Origin: the human T2T-CHM13v2.0 reference genome, Homo sapiens
NCBI RefSeq assembly: GCF_009914755.1
Contig: NC_060931.1
Reading direction: 5' to 3' (one strand)
Length of the DNA: 64,000 nucleotides
The translations under genes and the position numbers were made by a program. The notes beneath the pieces were generated by a model. The model did no database searches. It was not told the DNA's origin and saw only the letters and a program-made list of their open reading frames with translations. Positions within the stretch are counted from its first letter, which is position 1, and every line of letters begins with the position of its first letter. Positions 24,933 through 39,999 of this stretch are shown piece by piece.

Positions 24933-26539
24933 TAAGATGTACCTATGTCTCCCAATTATATGCATGATAAGAAAGCTTAAAGCCTTCTCCAAAGCAGTTC
25001 CAATTCTGCTACTGGAAGATAATGAAAGTCACACTATAGTGAGACCAAGTCACTCTTCACTGTGTTTAACATCTGCTGTTTTATGCAGTTAAATTGTTTA
25101 ACCACGCTTGCTAGGCAAGCTTATAGTGCAGCCTATTCCAAATAACAAATGGTCAGCAACACACAGATACAGTAGAAAAATGTCTCCAGTTTGCCCTACA
25201 CCGAGAAATTTAACAATCTCCACTTCTCCATTAAAAAAAAAAGCCCCCCACAATGCACAATATACTTTTTGGTTTTCTATTTTCTAGTTGTTATGCTTAC
25301 TTTCATGCAGAAAAGTTAATTAAAGATATTCAGTTGGAGCCTCGCTCTCTCCTTATAGCTGTTACATGATAATAGTTAGCACTTACTGTAAATCAGTTTA
25401 TAGTGTATATATAAACTTCAACTACATTTACTTTTCACAGCAATTTCATGGGTAATTTTGCTTTTCTTATGCTACAGATGAAGAAAGTGAAACTTTTATA
25501 GATTAAATAACTATCTAATGTGAAACAAGATAAATAGTGCAATTGCCATGGGAGCAAAGCCATGTCTTGTCAGCTTTGAAGCACCAGTGACCTGCACTCC
25601 TGGAGCAGTGACAGCAGGGGTCAATGCCACTTCTATGTTCCCAAACCAGGTTACCCCAGCCCATGTATTTAGTGGGTCTTGCTTTTTGATGCCTCCCATG
25701 GCTATAATTGCCCATAAGAATATCCAAGTTTAGCCTCATACCCACACTATTTAGAAATCAGAAGAACCCTCAAGGGAGTTTTCATCACAGCCATTGCATA
25801 CCCCATAAGTACCAGTCATTACAGTAGCATTTCACAGCACTGCTGTCTCCAGAACCTGATACCTCAATACTTCTAGCAGGTACTAGGTGGTGTTCCAGGG
25901 CCCATGGAAAATCATGGAATAAACATGATGAAATGTCCAAAGGAATCACTTTTGCAGCAACATTTTGGGGAAAATGAGACATAATTTTATATACTGAAAC
26001 AAATGAGTAGACTAGTACAATATAACATTTTCACACACAAAAATCAGTTATTTCACGGAATTTTCACCTTCTCAAGGCTCATCCAGGATCCTGTCTTCTT
26101 CTCGCACACCCTTGTATCCACCCTCCTCCCTGGGTGGAGTAATTTGAGAAGTGCAATGCAACAAGGCACCGTCAGCACAGTATGCTGGAGTCACCAGCCA
26201 AGGGCTGGTTCAGAGATTTGGTGCCATCTTAAAGAAGGAAATAGATAGAGAAAACAGACAAGAAATGTTAAGAACTGCTGGTGTCAGCACTGGCTCCGCA
26301 TCAGCCAGTCCAGGCCAGCTGTCCAGCCCCAGCCCTCTGTGTTCCCACAGCAGATAAATTGGGATGCTGAGTGTTTCATTTTGGTTAGGTGGAGGTGGGG
26401 CTGGAAATCTGGAAAGTCCCCTGCCACACAGGACATTGCTTTGTGCTGTGCTACCTGAACTGTTATTGGAGTCTTAAAGCAAGATAAAGGCAGTGGAGTT
26501 TGTCTCCTCCTCTACTGGAAACAATTTTATATAGTGTAT

Positions 26540-26760
26540 TAATAACCGTTATACTAGGAAATAGTTATTGAGTGCTCTCTATGTGCCAGACACAGTGTCA
26601 AGCATGTTACACATTATTCTACTTCATCTTTGGAAAAAGACCATTGAGCAGATGATTATCATTTCCCTTCCATAAAGAGGGCGAGGATTATTCAGCCTCA
26701 GATGCCCACTGAGGGGTGGTGAGCAGGCACCCAACTCCATCTGACCCATAGTCCACAAGG
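26540..26760 (-). mobile_element. MIR SINE
   Basis: ttattgagtgct..ctatgtgccagacacagtg..aagcatgttacac. Confidence 0.65.
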
Positions 26761-27664
26761 CCCAGTAGACGGTGGAGATCCTGTGTCCCTATCTCCAGGC
26801 CAAATGGGCACCATGCCAAGATAAATTCTTTAAACCAAGCCACATGACCTCTTGTTGAGTGAGGTGGGCTGGACCAGACTGCTAGCCACCCTCTAATCCT
26901 TCCACGTCAGTGCTGAGGGAAAGGCCTCACTGGTGGGCCTTACAGTGGCTCGGAGGCTCAGAACTTTTCCAAGGAACTCTGAGATGCTGTGTCCCAGTTG
27001 GGGGACTCCGGGGACTCATGACACTCTGAGGCAGAAGACTCGACGCTGTGGATCCTTCTAGCTCCTCTTTGATTGTGTCATCCAAACAGCCAAAGGTCCT
27101 TTTCTGCCTTAAACCTTAGAAAGTGTTGACTATAAAACTAAATGAGAAATGAAAACTGCTGTGCAATTACATGTTTCTGCTATTGACGCCATTTGAGAAC
27201 TCTGGCTTGAGCTATTTTCTTCTCACTGATTTTTCCAATGAGCGTGTTTTATTCTTCTATGAATTCAGTTTGACGGTCTTAACTTAACCAGGCCCTTCAG
27301 GCTCTACCAAATTGGGAATTACAGGAGGATTTCTATGAGATGTGTGTGTGAGCTCTGATGGCAATAGTTAATTGATCTTATTTACTAAATGGCTTTATGC
27401 CTTTTTTATATCTTTTATTTCTCTCTGGAAAACAGTACCAAGATTTTCATTCTTTCTGAAATATAGATGATAAATCTCAGGCTTAGAGACTGGCTCTTTC
27501 AGAGCCCTACAATATTTGGTGGAATCAAGAACCCAATTCTTTGAATTCTGGATCATGTAATTCTTCTACTATGTGTTAGGCAGGGCTGTCTGGAATTCCT
27601 GATGTTTGAATATTTTTAACACACAGTAAGCAGAAGTTTCATATGGTTCCACTCAATATAAATG

Positions 27665-27900
27665 CAGCCTGGTGTATTTGTAAGAAGGTGGACCCAAAAG
27701 CTAGATGGCATGTGTTTGAATCATGGTTTTGAAACTTACTGGTTGCTTATACTCTTTGTGCCTTAATTCCTATACTTTAAAATGAACATGCCACTAGCAA
27801 TTCCCTATAGATATAAGGGTTCAGTGAGACAATACACAAGTGCCCAGAATTGTACCTGGCACAAGACTGACACTCATACAGTGACACTTCACTATTATTG
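27665..27900 (+). mobile_element. MIR SINE
   Basis: tgtgccttaattcc...aaaatg...gtgagacaatacacaagtgcccagaattgtacctggcaca. Confidence 0.65.
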
Positions 27901-29365
27901 TAGATATTTAGCAAAAGCTTAATTATCAGAAATCCAGCCTTCCCAAATCCTTACACTCATGTCTTGGCCTGAGATCGGCAAATTACTGGAACATAATAAC
28001 AGCAGTTACAACATAATGAATAACAGTCTTTTCTTTGAGAAACTGTGCAATGTAGGTTGAGGGGATGAAGGGCAGAAGGAGCCCGACACTTCTTGATGTT
28101 GTTTGGCAGCTTACATGTTCTCATCCATCTGAAGTTGGCAGATGGAAACTAATCTTTCCTTACCAGGGAAGAAGTTGAGGCCAGGACATGTCAACTGATT
28201 TTTCTACAGACCTCAGGATGATGGAGATGCATCTTCATGTAGTTTCTTATTCAGGGCTGGCCCCCCTTTACAGAGCCCCAACACCCCTTTCAAACATGGG
28301 CTGGGTGCCAAGCAAGCAAAACCCAGACTTAATCCAGAAACCTTGGAAGCCAGGAGGATCTGGGAGCAGGGAAACCAGTAGAGGAGGGAAGCAAGCATGA
28401 GAGGCAGAGGCAGCTGTCAGTGGGTACTGATGCTGCCATGTCCGGGGACAAATGCCCACAGGATGGCAGGTAGGCTCCAAGCTTCGATGGAGGGTGGAAA
28501 TGAGCACAGGGAGCAGCTCACATCATTTGGAAAGTTGAGTGTTCAGGAGGTCAGTGAGATACAGGAGGGCCAGCAGGAAGCAGTGACTGCACACAGGGCC
28601 AGGGATAGACTGTTGTCTGTCACCATACATCTTTCCTGCTGCTTTCCCTCTGGAGGTCATGTTCTGGGCATTCCCACGCTGCCTTGCTCTAGATCATTTG
28701 GTTTTTCCAGCTCCTTCCTGAAACCAGAGTGAAAATACTGAGATATCCTCAGCCTTTTGCCCTGAAAATGTTTGATGTCAGCATTCATAGCCAAGGTGTT
28801 GCGACTTTACTCTGCTGCTCTATTTATGTTTCGAATGCACAGATCCAGGACAAAGACTACACAAGGATTTGGTTTCCTCAGTGTCCATGCTCCTTGATAA
28901 TTGCTTTTGCAAAATTAATTTAATAAAATGACTTTCCCAAAATGACTGCTTCAGGGAAGGCGTGTTTTTTTTAGAATTGCTTGACTCCAGGTTGGAACTT
29001 TTTTTTTCCCCTGAACTCTCTGTGAGAGGGTCTTTCCTATCACATGTAGACTTTCCTTCTGTTGTTTATCCTGTTGTCTCCAACTGTGTTTCCTTAGGCT
29101 GCTGTATTACCCTTTGTGCTTTAACTGTTTTTTTTTCATGTACATGTATCAGTGTTACAGAGCATGTGTATAAAAGTGTAGAGTTTACACTCAGCAAGTA
29201 AATGCCAAATTTCACATATGACCAAAATTTGACTCTTTTGAGCAATTTTTTAGTGGAAGAATTCATATTCATTTTCAAATCCATTTGCACAATCTCCACT
29301 ATATGAGTGGTAAGCACTGGGGGGATACAGAAGTTGATGTGTCCTAATCTGTTCACTTTCCTCAG

Positions 29366-29542
29366 GAGGGCTGCTGGATGAGATGTTTAACCATGCAGGC
29401 GCTGGACGCTTCCGTTTCTTGGGCAGCATCTTGGTCAATCTCTCTTCCTGCGTGGCACTGAACCGTTTCCAGGCTCTGCAGTCTGTCGACATCCTGGAGA
29501 CTAAAGCACATGAACTCTTGCAGCAGAACAGCTTCTTGGCCA
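29366..29542 (+). CDS. ABCA13: ABCA13 exon, 177 nt, phase 1-1: (G)[58 protein letters not shown](S)
   Basis: Branch-like ctaat, acceptor ttcactttcctcag, donor CCA|gtaagt; C-x-x-L-N-R-F and E..A..LL motifs typical of ABCA ECD1. Confidence 0.94.
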
Positions 29543-29660
29543 GTAAGTACTCAATGAAAAAATATGTTCGCCAAGATGCCAACTCCTGTAAGTTGTCATT
29601 TTGGGAGTTTCTCCCTAAAGGTGTCTTATGATAGCTCAGAAAGAAAAGAAGTCCTTTCCA

Positions 29661-29732
29661 GATAAAACATAAAATAAAGCAGAACTGTTTACCTTGGATA
29701 AAACATAAAATGAAGCAGAAATATTTGCCTTG
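29661..29732. repeat. Diverged 36-bp tandem duplication ~120 nt after the 177-nt exon
   Basis: gataaaacataaaataaagcagaactgtttaccttg / gataaaacataaaatgaagcagaaatatttgccttg. Confidence 0.9.
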
Positions 29733-30066
29733 GTTAATGAAAAGTTGTACCTTATGCCATAGTGACTAATAACGTTTTCACCATCCTAGGACCAATGCTA
29801 TTTACTGCATCTGCTTTTACCCTTTTATAACATCATGTTCTAGTTAAATCTCACACCATAAGTTATATTATTCCCGATTAAAGTTATACTCTAATTTCCT
29901 GCATCACCTTTCCTTTTATCAGAGTATCTTGATATCCTGGTTGGGGCGGAGAGCAGGCAATGGCCAACTCTGCTCCATTATTTAATTGTTCACCCATTCA
30001 AGATAAATATGGTGGTGCTCTCATATTCTTTTGGAATACACATTGAATTATTTTTAATTGAGGTTT

Positions 30067-30471
30067 TGTATTAGTTTCTTAAGGTTGCTGTAACAAAGTA
30101 TCGCAGACTAAAACAAGAGAAGTTTATTGTCTTAGAGTGCTGGAAGCTAGATATTCCGGATGGAGACATCCACTGGTTTTTCCTGCGGGCTATGAGGAGA
30201 GAATCTTCTCTAGGCCCCTCTCATTGGCTTGTAGGTGGCCATCTTCTCCCTGGGTTTCTGCACCTCATCTTCCCTCTATGTATTTCTCTGTGTTTAAGTT
30301 TCCCTCTTTTTATAAAGACACCTTCATATTGAGTTAGGGCGCACCCTAATGGCCCTCATTTTAACTTGATTACTCTTTAAATGTTATCTCCAAATATAGT
30401 CACATTCTGAGGTACTGGGGGTTAGGACTTCTACATATGAATTTAGTAAGGGACACGATTTAGCTGTGATA
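30067..30471 (-). mobile_element. MLT1 MaLR solo LTR
   Basis: tgtattagttt..ttgctgtaacaaagta...gtcacattctgaggtactggggttaggactt..acatatgaattt. Confidence 0.85.
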
Positions 30472-30903
30472 GGCTTTATGCATACAATTCAAAGAATCCG
30501 TGTGGCATAAAATAGAATCCATGTATTTAAGTTATGAATGATAAGTAACCCCAAAGAGATGGATTCTGCACATTGAGTTAACATCTGCAATCAAGAGAAA
30601 AAAACCCTGCAAAAAACATCTGACAAATAATTTCTTTGTGTTGATTATACCACAGTTTGCTTTTATGAAAAATACAAAGCAGCACTGGACAGGGAATTAA
30701 GAGATCTTGGTTTAGGCTTACCACCAATTGCCTGTGTGACTGAAAGTCAGCTTTGCCACTGCGGGCTGGGGCTCTGAGTCTGCAGGAGTGGAGGGCTGTG
30801 AGTCTCAGGCTCCTGCAACTTTTCCTGTCTCACCCAGTGTAGGCGTGGTTTGAGCCACTCCCTACAGTGTGGTAATGCTTCGTTTTTCCTTTTCTGCCAC
30901 TAG

Positions 30904-31210
30904 GTATCATTTTCAGCAATTCCTTATTCGACAAGAACTTCAGATCAGAGTCTGTCAAACTGCCACCCCATGTCTCATACACAATCCGGACCAATGTGTT
31001 ATACAGCGTGCGAACAGATGTGGTAAAAAACCCTTCTTGGAAGTTCCACCCTCAGAATCTACCAGCTGATGGGTTCAAATATAACTACGTCTTTGCCCCA
31101 CTGCAAGACATGATCGAAAGAGCCATCATTTTGGTGCAGACTGGGCAGGAAGCCCTGGAACCAGCAGCACAGACTCAGGCGGCCCCTTACCCCTGCCATA
31201 CCAGCGACCT
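30904..31210 (+). CDS. ABCA13: ABCA13 exon, 307 nt, phase 1-2: (S)[101 protein letters not shown](L)
   Basis: Long pyrimidine tract ending in tag, donor CCT|gtgagt; LP.HV.Y.IR, LQD..E.AII and PYPC motifs shared with ABCA1/4/12. Confidence 0.96.
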
Positions 31211-33649
31211 GTGAGTAGCCTGGGGCAGGAGCCACCGACAGTGAGAAGGGCCTTGCATTTGTCTAGCTGAGGAGAGAAAACTCAGTTTTTCTATGGTTAT
31301 TTCAAAAAGCACTGTTAAAAAAGTTCACCCCCCACTTTTTAATTTCGTAAGGTTCATTTTTTTTATATGCTTGTACTCTTCAGGTAGAAGAAATATAATG
31401 GTTGAGATAATACAATCAAGTGAAGTTTTAAATTTGACATCAGGCATCATCTATAGTTTTAAATACACTTAAAATAAATTTGATGAATAACATTCACAAG
31501 GGCTGTGCATGTCCAACAAAAGATTCCACTTACCTAACCTTGGGAAAACTGAGGGAGGTTATTTTCTCTGCAGTGCAAATCCTTAGATATAGGCTGTATA
31601 CTGGACAGGGTGGTGAAGGATTCCATACAGGCCTTGACCATGGCTTGGGTACCCATGAAGTAATATGAGAACATTTAGGAGTTTGATTGTGTAATTTGGC
31701 TGCTGACATCTATAGGAAGAGGGGAAGCTCAGTGAAGGGCTGGAGCAGCTGGACAAGAGGACTTGGAGGGGACATCATGGAGGCATTAAAACAGCCATCA
31801 GGGAGGCCAGGCAGGGGATGTTTGCAGAGAGGACGGGAGACTATGGTCGGACTGGGGCTCAGTGAACCTGAGGGTGAGCTTGGACACCTTGGCAGGTTCA
31901 GACAATGAACAGACTTCAAAGCTCACCAAAGCGGGGTGAGCCGTATTGCTGTGGGCTGTGGGGCTCAGCCTGGATTTCTTACTTTCCTCATGGTGCATAC
32001 TGTTCTCATAAGCATTCTGCTCCCACAGCTGGCCTGGCTCTGGATAATGTAGGTCATTCATTTGCAATCCCTGCATGCTGGCTCTGATGCAGGGCCTCAG
32101 GAAGGTACCACCTTCCTACCCTCTCTCAAAAGCACACTAGGAAGTAAGTGGCTGAACATGAGGCTACTGAAGGGACCGGTTTGCGTGTTCTCTTAGTTAT
32201 GAGAACAGGGACAAGTACTCATCCTTCATCGAAACACTGCCAGTAACAACTCATGGCACCTCCCACCCCTGACTGGGGCAGAGCCATGGACCACCAAGCA
32301 GAAGTCAGGACTGCCTCTCCAGGTGACTGGGCGACACACACGTGAGGATAGGTGACTTGATGTCTTGACCCCTCCTTCCTGTCTAGTGATAGGCTGCATA
32401 CATAATAGCACATCCACACATTTTTTATGAAAATGCTGGTTGTACAGGAAGGACTTTCCCACAGTGGGAGGATAAAAGGCTGAAGACCACCTGATTGAAC
32501 TCATCTTGGGATAGCCTAGTGTGGTGCGGTGAACAAAAGGTCAGGAAGAAAGAGACTAAGGCGACATTTTCACTCAGGGGCTGCCTTGTTAGGCAGACTG
32601 TTAGTAAGCCTCTTAACTTCTTTCTTTGTAAAATGATAGCTTTTCTTTCTTTTCAAAGTGATGATATTTTTGGCTATGAACATTTTCAACCTGTGATTTT
32701 CTGCTCCTAAAGCATGTTTCTTGGAGGTGATAGCAGCAGGAGCAGAACCGAAGAAAAGTGCTGTTGTTGGCTAGTTGTCATGCACAGACACTTCATACCC
32801 AGTGCAAACACCTGAGAGCTCTGAGAATTAGTGATCTGTGTTAGATACTGGGAGAAGCCGAAGTTTTATTATGCTCATTTTCTAAAGGCAAACCTGAAAT
32901 CTATTGCATTCTGACAATCTCCTTCTAGCTCCAAAGTATGCTATGATCTCCACCCATGAAAGAGCGGGGTTGTGCTTACGTGGATGGGAACATGACAATT
33001 CCCTCTGCTCCGGTTCACAGGAGGAGACTGGGGGTTTACTTTGTCCACTCTGACATAGGATATTTCCCAAGAAGGCACGATGGGAAGAACAGCATACACT
33101 CCTACAAATGTATTGATGGAAATCCAGAAATGGCCTGAGTAATCAGTTTTCAATTCCTACTGATCATAGTGTATGGCTAACAGACATTGCAAGAGAGCTA
33201 GAAAGGAGGAATTGAGGGACATGGATGGAGACATATTTTTTCACCCCTTGAAGATAAATTCTGATGTATGAGAAACATTCCAGCCTAAAACGTTGGAATG
33301 AGTGGAATACCCAGGTATGATTCTGATCTCATGGAATTACCTCTCTTATTCTACTACTGGGATACAGCAATATAACTCCTCAGAAGTATTGCTTTATTTC
33401 TTTGAGAAAGATGAAGAAGTATTTTAATTCTCTGAAATATTTAAATCTTTGAGATTTCTCACTGTGCTATATCCATCTTTTATCTCTTGTTTCGAAGTCT
33501 CCCTTTCTTGAGGGCTTAGAGTACCTGCAGTGATTGAAACACAGTCTGAGATCTCGAAAGAACTCAGTCACTTGAGTAAAAATCCTAAAGCACAGTTTGT
33601 ACTGTAGACAATGTTTGTTAAAATTTTTTTAGCAGTTTCCTCCTGCTTA

Positions 33650-35060
33650 CTGAATGAGCTACATATTCATTAATTTATGAATTTATTCAATGACTTTTAT
33701 GTACTATTTGTCAGTCTCTAGACTGAATAAGTAAAGAAAATAAGTAAATCAGTAAAGAAAATAGGTGAATCAGTAAAGAAAATAGGTAAAAATCCCTGCT
33801 CTTGTGAGACTTCCAGTCCAGGGAAGCAGAGGTGCCACAAATACAATTAAGAAGACAATTGCATTGAATGATAGGAAGCAGGAAGTGCCGTGGAGCTGGG
33901 AAATAGGATGAGCAGGGTCAGGGACACTAGGAGGGGAAGATGGAATTGTTAATGTGGATGGGGTAGACCCTATCAGGAAGGTAGCATTTTAACAAAGACT
34001 TGACGGGATGCAGAAGCACAAGGGGAAGTGTGTTCTAGGGCAGAGGAACCCCCCATGCAAAGGCCCTGTGGTAGGAGTGGCCTAGGGTATGTGTGAAGAG
34101 TCACCAGAGCAGAGTGCACAAGGGCAAGAGGGTGGGAGATGAAGTCAAAGAGCTGATTGTAGATTGCATGGTTGCAGGTGACTGGAGTGGTATTAAAAGA
34201 CTGCTGGAGAGTTTCGAGCAGGAGTGATGTCATCATCTGACTTATACTGTAAAAGTCTTGCTCACGCTGTTGGGTGGAAAAGAGCTTGTAGGGGTATGTG
34301 TGGGACAGAGAAATCATTTAGAAGGCTGTTGTAATAACCCAGGTGAGAGATGATGGTGGCTTGGTCCAGTGTGGTAGCAGAGAAGCTGGTAAAAAGTGGT
34401 CTGATTCTTGGTTGCATTCAGGAAGTAGAGGCAACAGAATTGCCAAAAGATTTGATGAGGGCGTGATAGAGAGACATCGAGGAAGATTCCCCTATTTTGG
34501 TCCAAGTAACTGGATTGCTGGAATTATCTCTAACTATAATAGAAAAACTGTGGGTAGAGGTTTGGAGGATAAGGATAGAAACTCAGCTTTGGACATGTCT
34601 AGTAGGCAGATTTGTTCAGGAGGCTGGGACAATGTATGGATCTATTAATTTAGGAGTCTCCCCGATTTTGATGGCATTTAGAACTCTAAGATATTACCAT
34701 GGGAAGGAGTATAGATAGAAAAATAGAGAGGGCCGAGACCAAATGTGGGGCCCCTCCCATGAAGAGGTAAATGAGAAGAGGAGATTGAGAAAGTATCATT
34801 GAGGCAGGAGGAAAACCTACAGAGTGTGGAATCCTGGAGGTCAAGCTGAGCAAAAGACTCCAGGAAGAGGAGTGATCAAGTGTGTCATATGTGGCTCATG
34901 GGTGAAATAAGGTAAAGACAGATAATCGACCATTGGATTTACACCATCCAGGACTTCATAGAGAGTAGCTTCCATGATGTGGTGAGAATGACGGCCAAAT
35001 TAGAGTGGACAGAATGGAGACTTGGAGGGGTAGAATTGGAGAGTGAACTCAGACAGCTCT
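33650..35060 (-). mobile_element. L2 LINE fragment, with three 21-bp tandem units at 33726-33788
   Basis: aatccctgctcttgtg.., atgcaaaggccctgtgg.., gagagatgatggtggcttgg.ccag.gtggtagcag; standard antisense L2. Confidence 0.8.
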
Positions 35061-36584
35061 CAATGGGAAGAAATGGGAGGTGACTTCTTCTTCTTCTTTT
35101 GGAAGAAGTCTTTTTTTTTTTTTTAAATATAAGATGCTACCTGGGGAATAGTCCAGTAAGATGGGAAAATTGGTAGTGTATAAACGGGGGGGACAGCTGT
35201 GTCCTGAATTAGTCAAGGGGAAGAGACCTCAACAAGTGGAGAGACCTACTATAGGTGGGAACATGGCAATTCACCTGTGGTAACAAAACCTGTTTAACTC
35301 TATTTAACTAAAAATTTTCCACTTTTCTTGCACACAGATCTCTCTCTCTCCTCCTTTTATTTTTCATGTAGTATCTACCAGCAGCTCATGGAACTAATGT
35401 CCTGAAAGGCATGCATTGGAAAATGTTGCTGGAGACTGTAGAGATGGATAGGCAGCAGCAGTTTTTGAAATTGCATGTTCCTATCAACCCCCTGATTCAT
35501 AGGCAGTTATCATAGAATAATTTTATGATTGGAACTGTAGTGTGTACTTCATGAATATAAAGGAATTCAAATGTTAATGTGTTGCTTCAAAGAATAAGCC
35601 AACTTAATAAACAGGTTTTCAGAAAACAAAAACCACAACAATATCCTGGGATTGTTTTATATGCACAAAGAATATTTATTTGAAAGGTCACCTGTTATTT
35701 CCTCTATTGCTTTTTGGCTGCTTCAATTCCCACCACCCTGGGGTGGGTTCAAGAGAAGGAGAAATGGAGCGTGCTGGGTCAGGCTGAGTGATGGCTCCCG
35801 TGAGGCGTTGCATCTGGACTTTGATGTGTCTTGGGCAAAGTGGAGAGTGAAGGGTTGACAGCCACTCATGCTTGAAATGTTGAATTCCTGCTTAAAAAAA
35901 AATCAGCTTGATCCACAACAGACCAGTGAGAGGACCTCTCATTTTATTTATTTTGATTGTTTCTCTTCCTTGGGCTCTACTTCAGGTAACTTTATTAAAC
36001 ACCTCTCTCTTCCATTTAGTCAATAGTCATTGTTCTCAGCAGAAATTCCCATTCTTGATGACCCTCAGCGCTCAGAGCTGCTGGAAGCCCCCTCTGTTGC
36101 CCGCAGGCTCTGTCCTGTCCCACCAACGCAGGTAATTTGTTGGTGATACCAACTGTAGTGGGAAGGAGAAGAAAAACCCTCATTAAATTTTACAATTCTT
36201 CACTTTCTCAAGCCCCACACAGCTCTTACAAACTTATCTCCTTGCTGGGCAGAGGAGGATGGTTTCTCATTAAAACCTCAGCAAATCGTTTCTCCAATTT
36301 GTCTATGTTCTTTCCCTCAACAGCAGCAAAGTAATCTCTTAAAATTGTATCACATTTAAAAAAATCATCTCACTTATTCTCTAAAAACCTTAAAAGTACA
36401 GTGGAAGAAATTGAGACGCTGATAGGGTAAGTTATTTCCCCCAAGATCTCACAGCATCTTAATACCCCTCACTCCCCAAATAAACTATTAATTGCCACTT
36501 GCTACTTTTAAGCACTTTGTGCAGGATGCTTGGTCACTTGGCTGCCATTTCACTCCATTGTATTTGAAAGTCTGGTATGTTTTC

Positions 36585-37011
<427 letters not shown>

Positions 37012-38732
37012 CTAGCCAGAGCTCAGATTTGAGCAGTAGTTCTTAACCTTGGTTGGTGGGAGTTTGGAAGTGTATGGGGTGTTTTGATGGTAACAGTGGG
37101 GACCAGTGTATGTTTAGTGCCTAAGGGCCAGTGGTGACAATTGTTGTGTGATAAATGACACTGTAGTGTGCAATGAAGAATAGTCCTAGCCAAATTCCAA
37201 AACACCCTCATTTAGATCCACTGTTTGCTCTGCCTCTGGTAAATTATTTCAAGGGCCTTCATCATTCACTCATATAGTTATTCCTCTATTCATCTATGTA
37301 GAAACATTTTGTTTTCATATTCACTGTATGACACACATTCTATGCTGGGATGGATGCAGAGATCAGCACTATGCAGTTCTTGAGGTCTAGAAACTCACTG
37401 CTTAATGCAGTAGTTAGTGTACATTCATAACTAATAAGGGGCGAAAAGGGAGATACAGATACTGTAAAAGTGGCAGCACTGGGTTGCTCACAATTGATTT
37501 CATGCCTTCCTCTACCTAGTAAAATATAGGAGAATTTCTTGGTAGAATCTGTATGACCTGAGAGTCTGAATTAAGGTCTCAAAGTCTCCTTCTTTAGACA
37601 TATTGGATCTTGACAGTGCATCTCACCTTCTAAGTTTATCCGATCTCTTTCGAGCTTCCTGGATCCCTTTAGAGTCTCAGACTTGACATGATGACAGAAC
37701 TGGGATGAAAAAACTGCATTTGGGTGCCAGCTTTGACACTTGCTGGTTCGCAGGACCTTGGGCCAGTTTTGCGCCAGCTTTGGGTGTCGGTCTCCTCAGC
37801 TCATACGGGGTATTAACTGCTGTCTGCCCAGTGCATTGGCTTGTAGTGCGCAGTGAATTATCCTGCTTGAGGAGACCTTGAGACTTGTGAGGGGCAACGC
37901 CAGGCACTGTGAATGGGTGGGATGCTCTGAGTGGCAGCCCACTCCATTCTTGGGCAGCTTCAAATCTGAGAAAGTTCCTCCACCTACTGATGCAGAAGGT
38001 CAATCTGCATGACTCTGGCAATGGCTGAGTCAGGAACACTAGAGTCTTAAATGCCCCTTACTTCACCTTCCCTGACCTCCACTCACCTCCAATTCACAAA
38101 TCACGTCAGACTTCAGCTGGCTGTGTTGTGCGGAAGGCAGCGGAGACAGAGCTAGCAAGTGACAGGGGCAACATGAGTGTGCCTCTGGTTCCATGAAAAG
38201 GAAAGGGAGGATAAAGGGAGAGAGAGAAAGTGGAGGCCAAATGCACTGGTCCTTCTCTTCAGCAGTTGCCCCCAGCTATGTCCTGTCTCCCCATGGTTGA
38301 TGTGGACTGGTCCTGGGCAGTAGTGGTGATGGAGGCCGGTGGAGAGGGGCAGAAGCAGGGAAGGGCAGAGGCCGGGCTGATGTGAGAGGTGGTGGCTGGA
38401 AATTTGCCTCCTCCCTGCACTTGCCTCAAAGTCCTACATCCTGAGAAAACAAAACAAAAAACAGACAACAACAGCAACAAAAACCAGCTGATTTCTCAGG
38501 GTGGTTCTTTCTATAGTAAGACTTTGGTCCAACACGCCCATGACTTTTCTGTCATTGCACTCACTGATAGTGCTGACAGAGGCAAGTAACAGATCAAATA
38601 CCAGGAGCAAGGCTTACTAAAATGGAAACCAAAAAGTCCACCTGCAGAAAAAGCAATGGTGACAATTAGTGTTTGTGAAGATCAGAGTATCCCTTTAGAA
38701 AGGCTTAAAGAAGTAAGAGAGTTTAATTTCCT

Positions 38733-39077
38733 TTTTTGTTTTTACTTTTATTTTATTTTATTTTTTATTATACTTTAGGTTCCAGGGTACATGTGCACAA
38801 CGTGCAGGTTTGTTACATATGTATACATGTGCCATGTTGGTGTGCTGCACCCATTAACTCGTCATTTACATTAGGTATATCTCCTAATGCTATCCCTCCC
38901 CCCTCCCCCACCCCATGACAGGCCCCGGTGTGTGATGTCCCCACTCTGTGTCCAAGTGTTCTCATTGTTCAGTTCCCACCTATGAGTGAGGACATGGAGT
39001 GTTTGGTTTTCTGTCCGTGTGATAGTTTGCTCAGAATGATGGTTTCCAGCTTCATCCATGTCCCTACAAAGGACATG
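38733..39077 (-). mobile_element. 5'-truncated young L1PA 3' end with 17-bp TSD AGAGAGTTTAATTTCCT
   Basis: ggtacatgtgcacaacgtgcagg...tccctacaaaggacatg; TSD at 38716-38732 and 39078-39094. Confidence 0.95.
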
Positions 39078-39610
39078 AGAGAGTTTAATTTCCTAATGGT
39101 ATAATTTATAGATAGTTCTTTGATTTGGGTTCCAGAGAAGGGGAAACATACAGAGAATATTCTCGATTCTTAGTTTGATTCATGCTCTCCTGATAAGAGG
39201 AAAATCCTATTTCTGAGGTTACTGAGACATCCCTGACCTTTGTGTGTATGTTTTTTATTTTTAGTTCTATAAACAAGTGATATTCAAGAGTGAAGAAAAT
39301 AGAGAAAATAATTCACACTTAATATCCTGTTCCAAATAGACACTTATTTGTTTATTTATGTTTTCTTTTGGGATGAGTCCCTCATTCTTTGTCGTTGTGA
39401 TTCATGTTTTACAAACTAGAAATCGCAAAGTCTTGCCAAGAGTTAGCCTGAAAGTTTTTGTGCTACATACTCATTTGGGAACTATTTACGCAGTACTTAT
39501 TATGTGTCATGCACTGTAATCGCATGACATATGTAGTAGGGAAAGATGTAGTCCTGCCTTGAGGAAGCTTGGAGAGCAGGGATTGTTATGACCGTATTAA
39601 GATGAGACAA

Positions 39611-39823
39611 CCAGCCTGGACAGCATAGCAAGACCCCATCTCTACAGAAAATAAACAAAATTAGCTGGGCGTTGTGGTGTGTTCTGTAGTCCCAGCTAAT
39701 TGGGAGGGTGAGAGGGGAGAATTGCTTGAGCCCAGGAGGCTGAGGCTACAGTGAGCCCAGATCATGCCACTGTACTCCAGCCTGGGCAACAGAGTGAGAC
39801 CCTGTTTGGAAAAAAAAAAAAAA
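39611..39823 (+). mobile_element. 5'-truncated AluJ-like SINE
   Basis: agcaagaccccatctctac...cttgagcccaggagg.tgaggctacagtgagc...gagaccctgt plus poly-A. Confidence 0.88.
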
Positions 39824-39999
39824 GACAAGAAAACTACGAATGACTTAAATCTGCTCTGCTGTGACCCCGCTCTAGTGGAGACTGCAAGGGACGAGAATCA
39901 CAGCACCTCTTTAAAACTTGGTACTCAGTGCAGTTGTTGTTGGTGATACATAATACATAATGCTTCAACTTTAAATATGAACCACTTCCAATTATTAAG

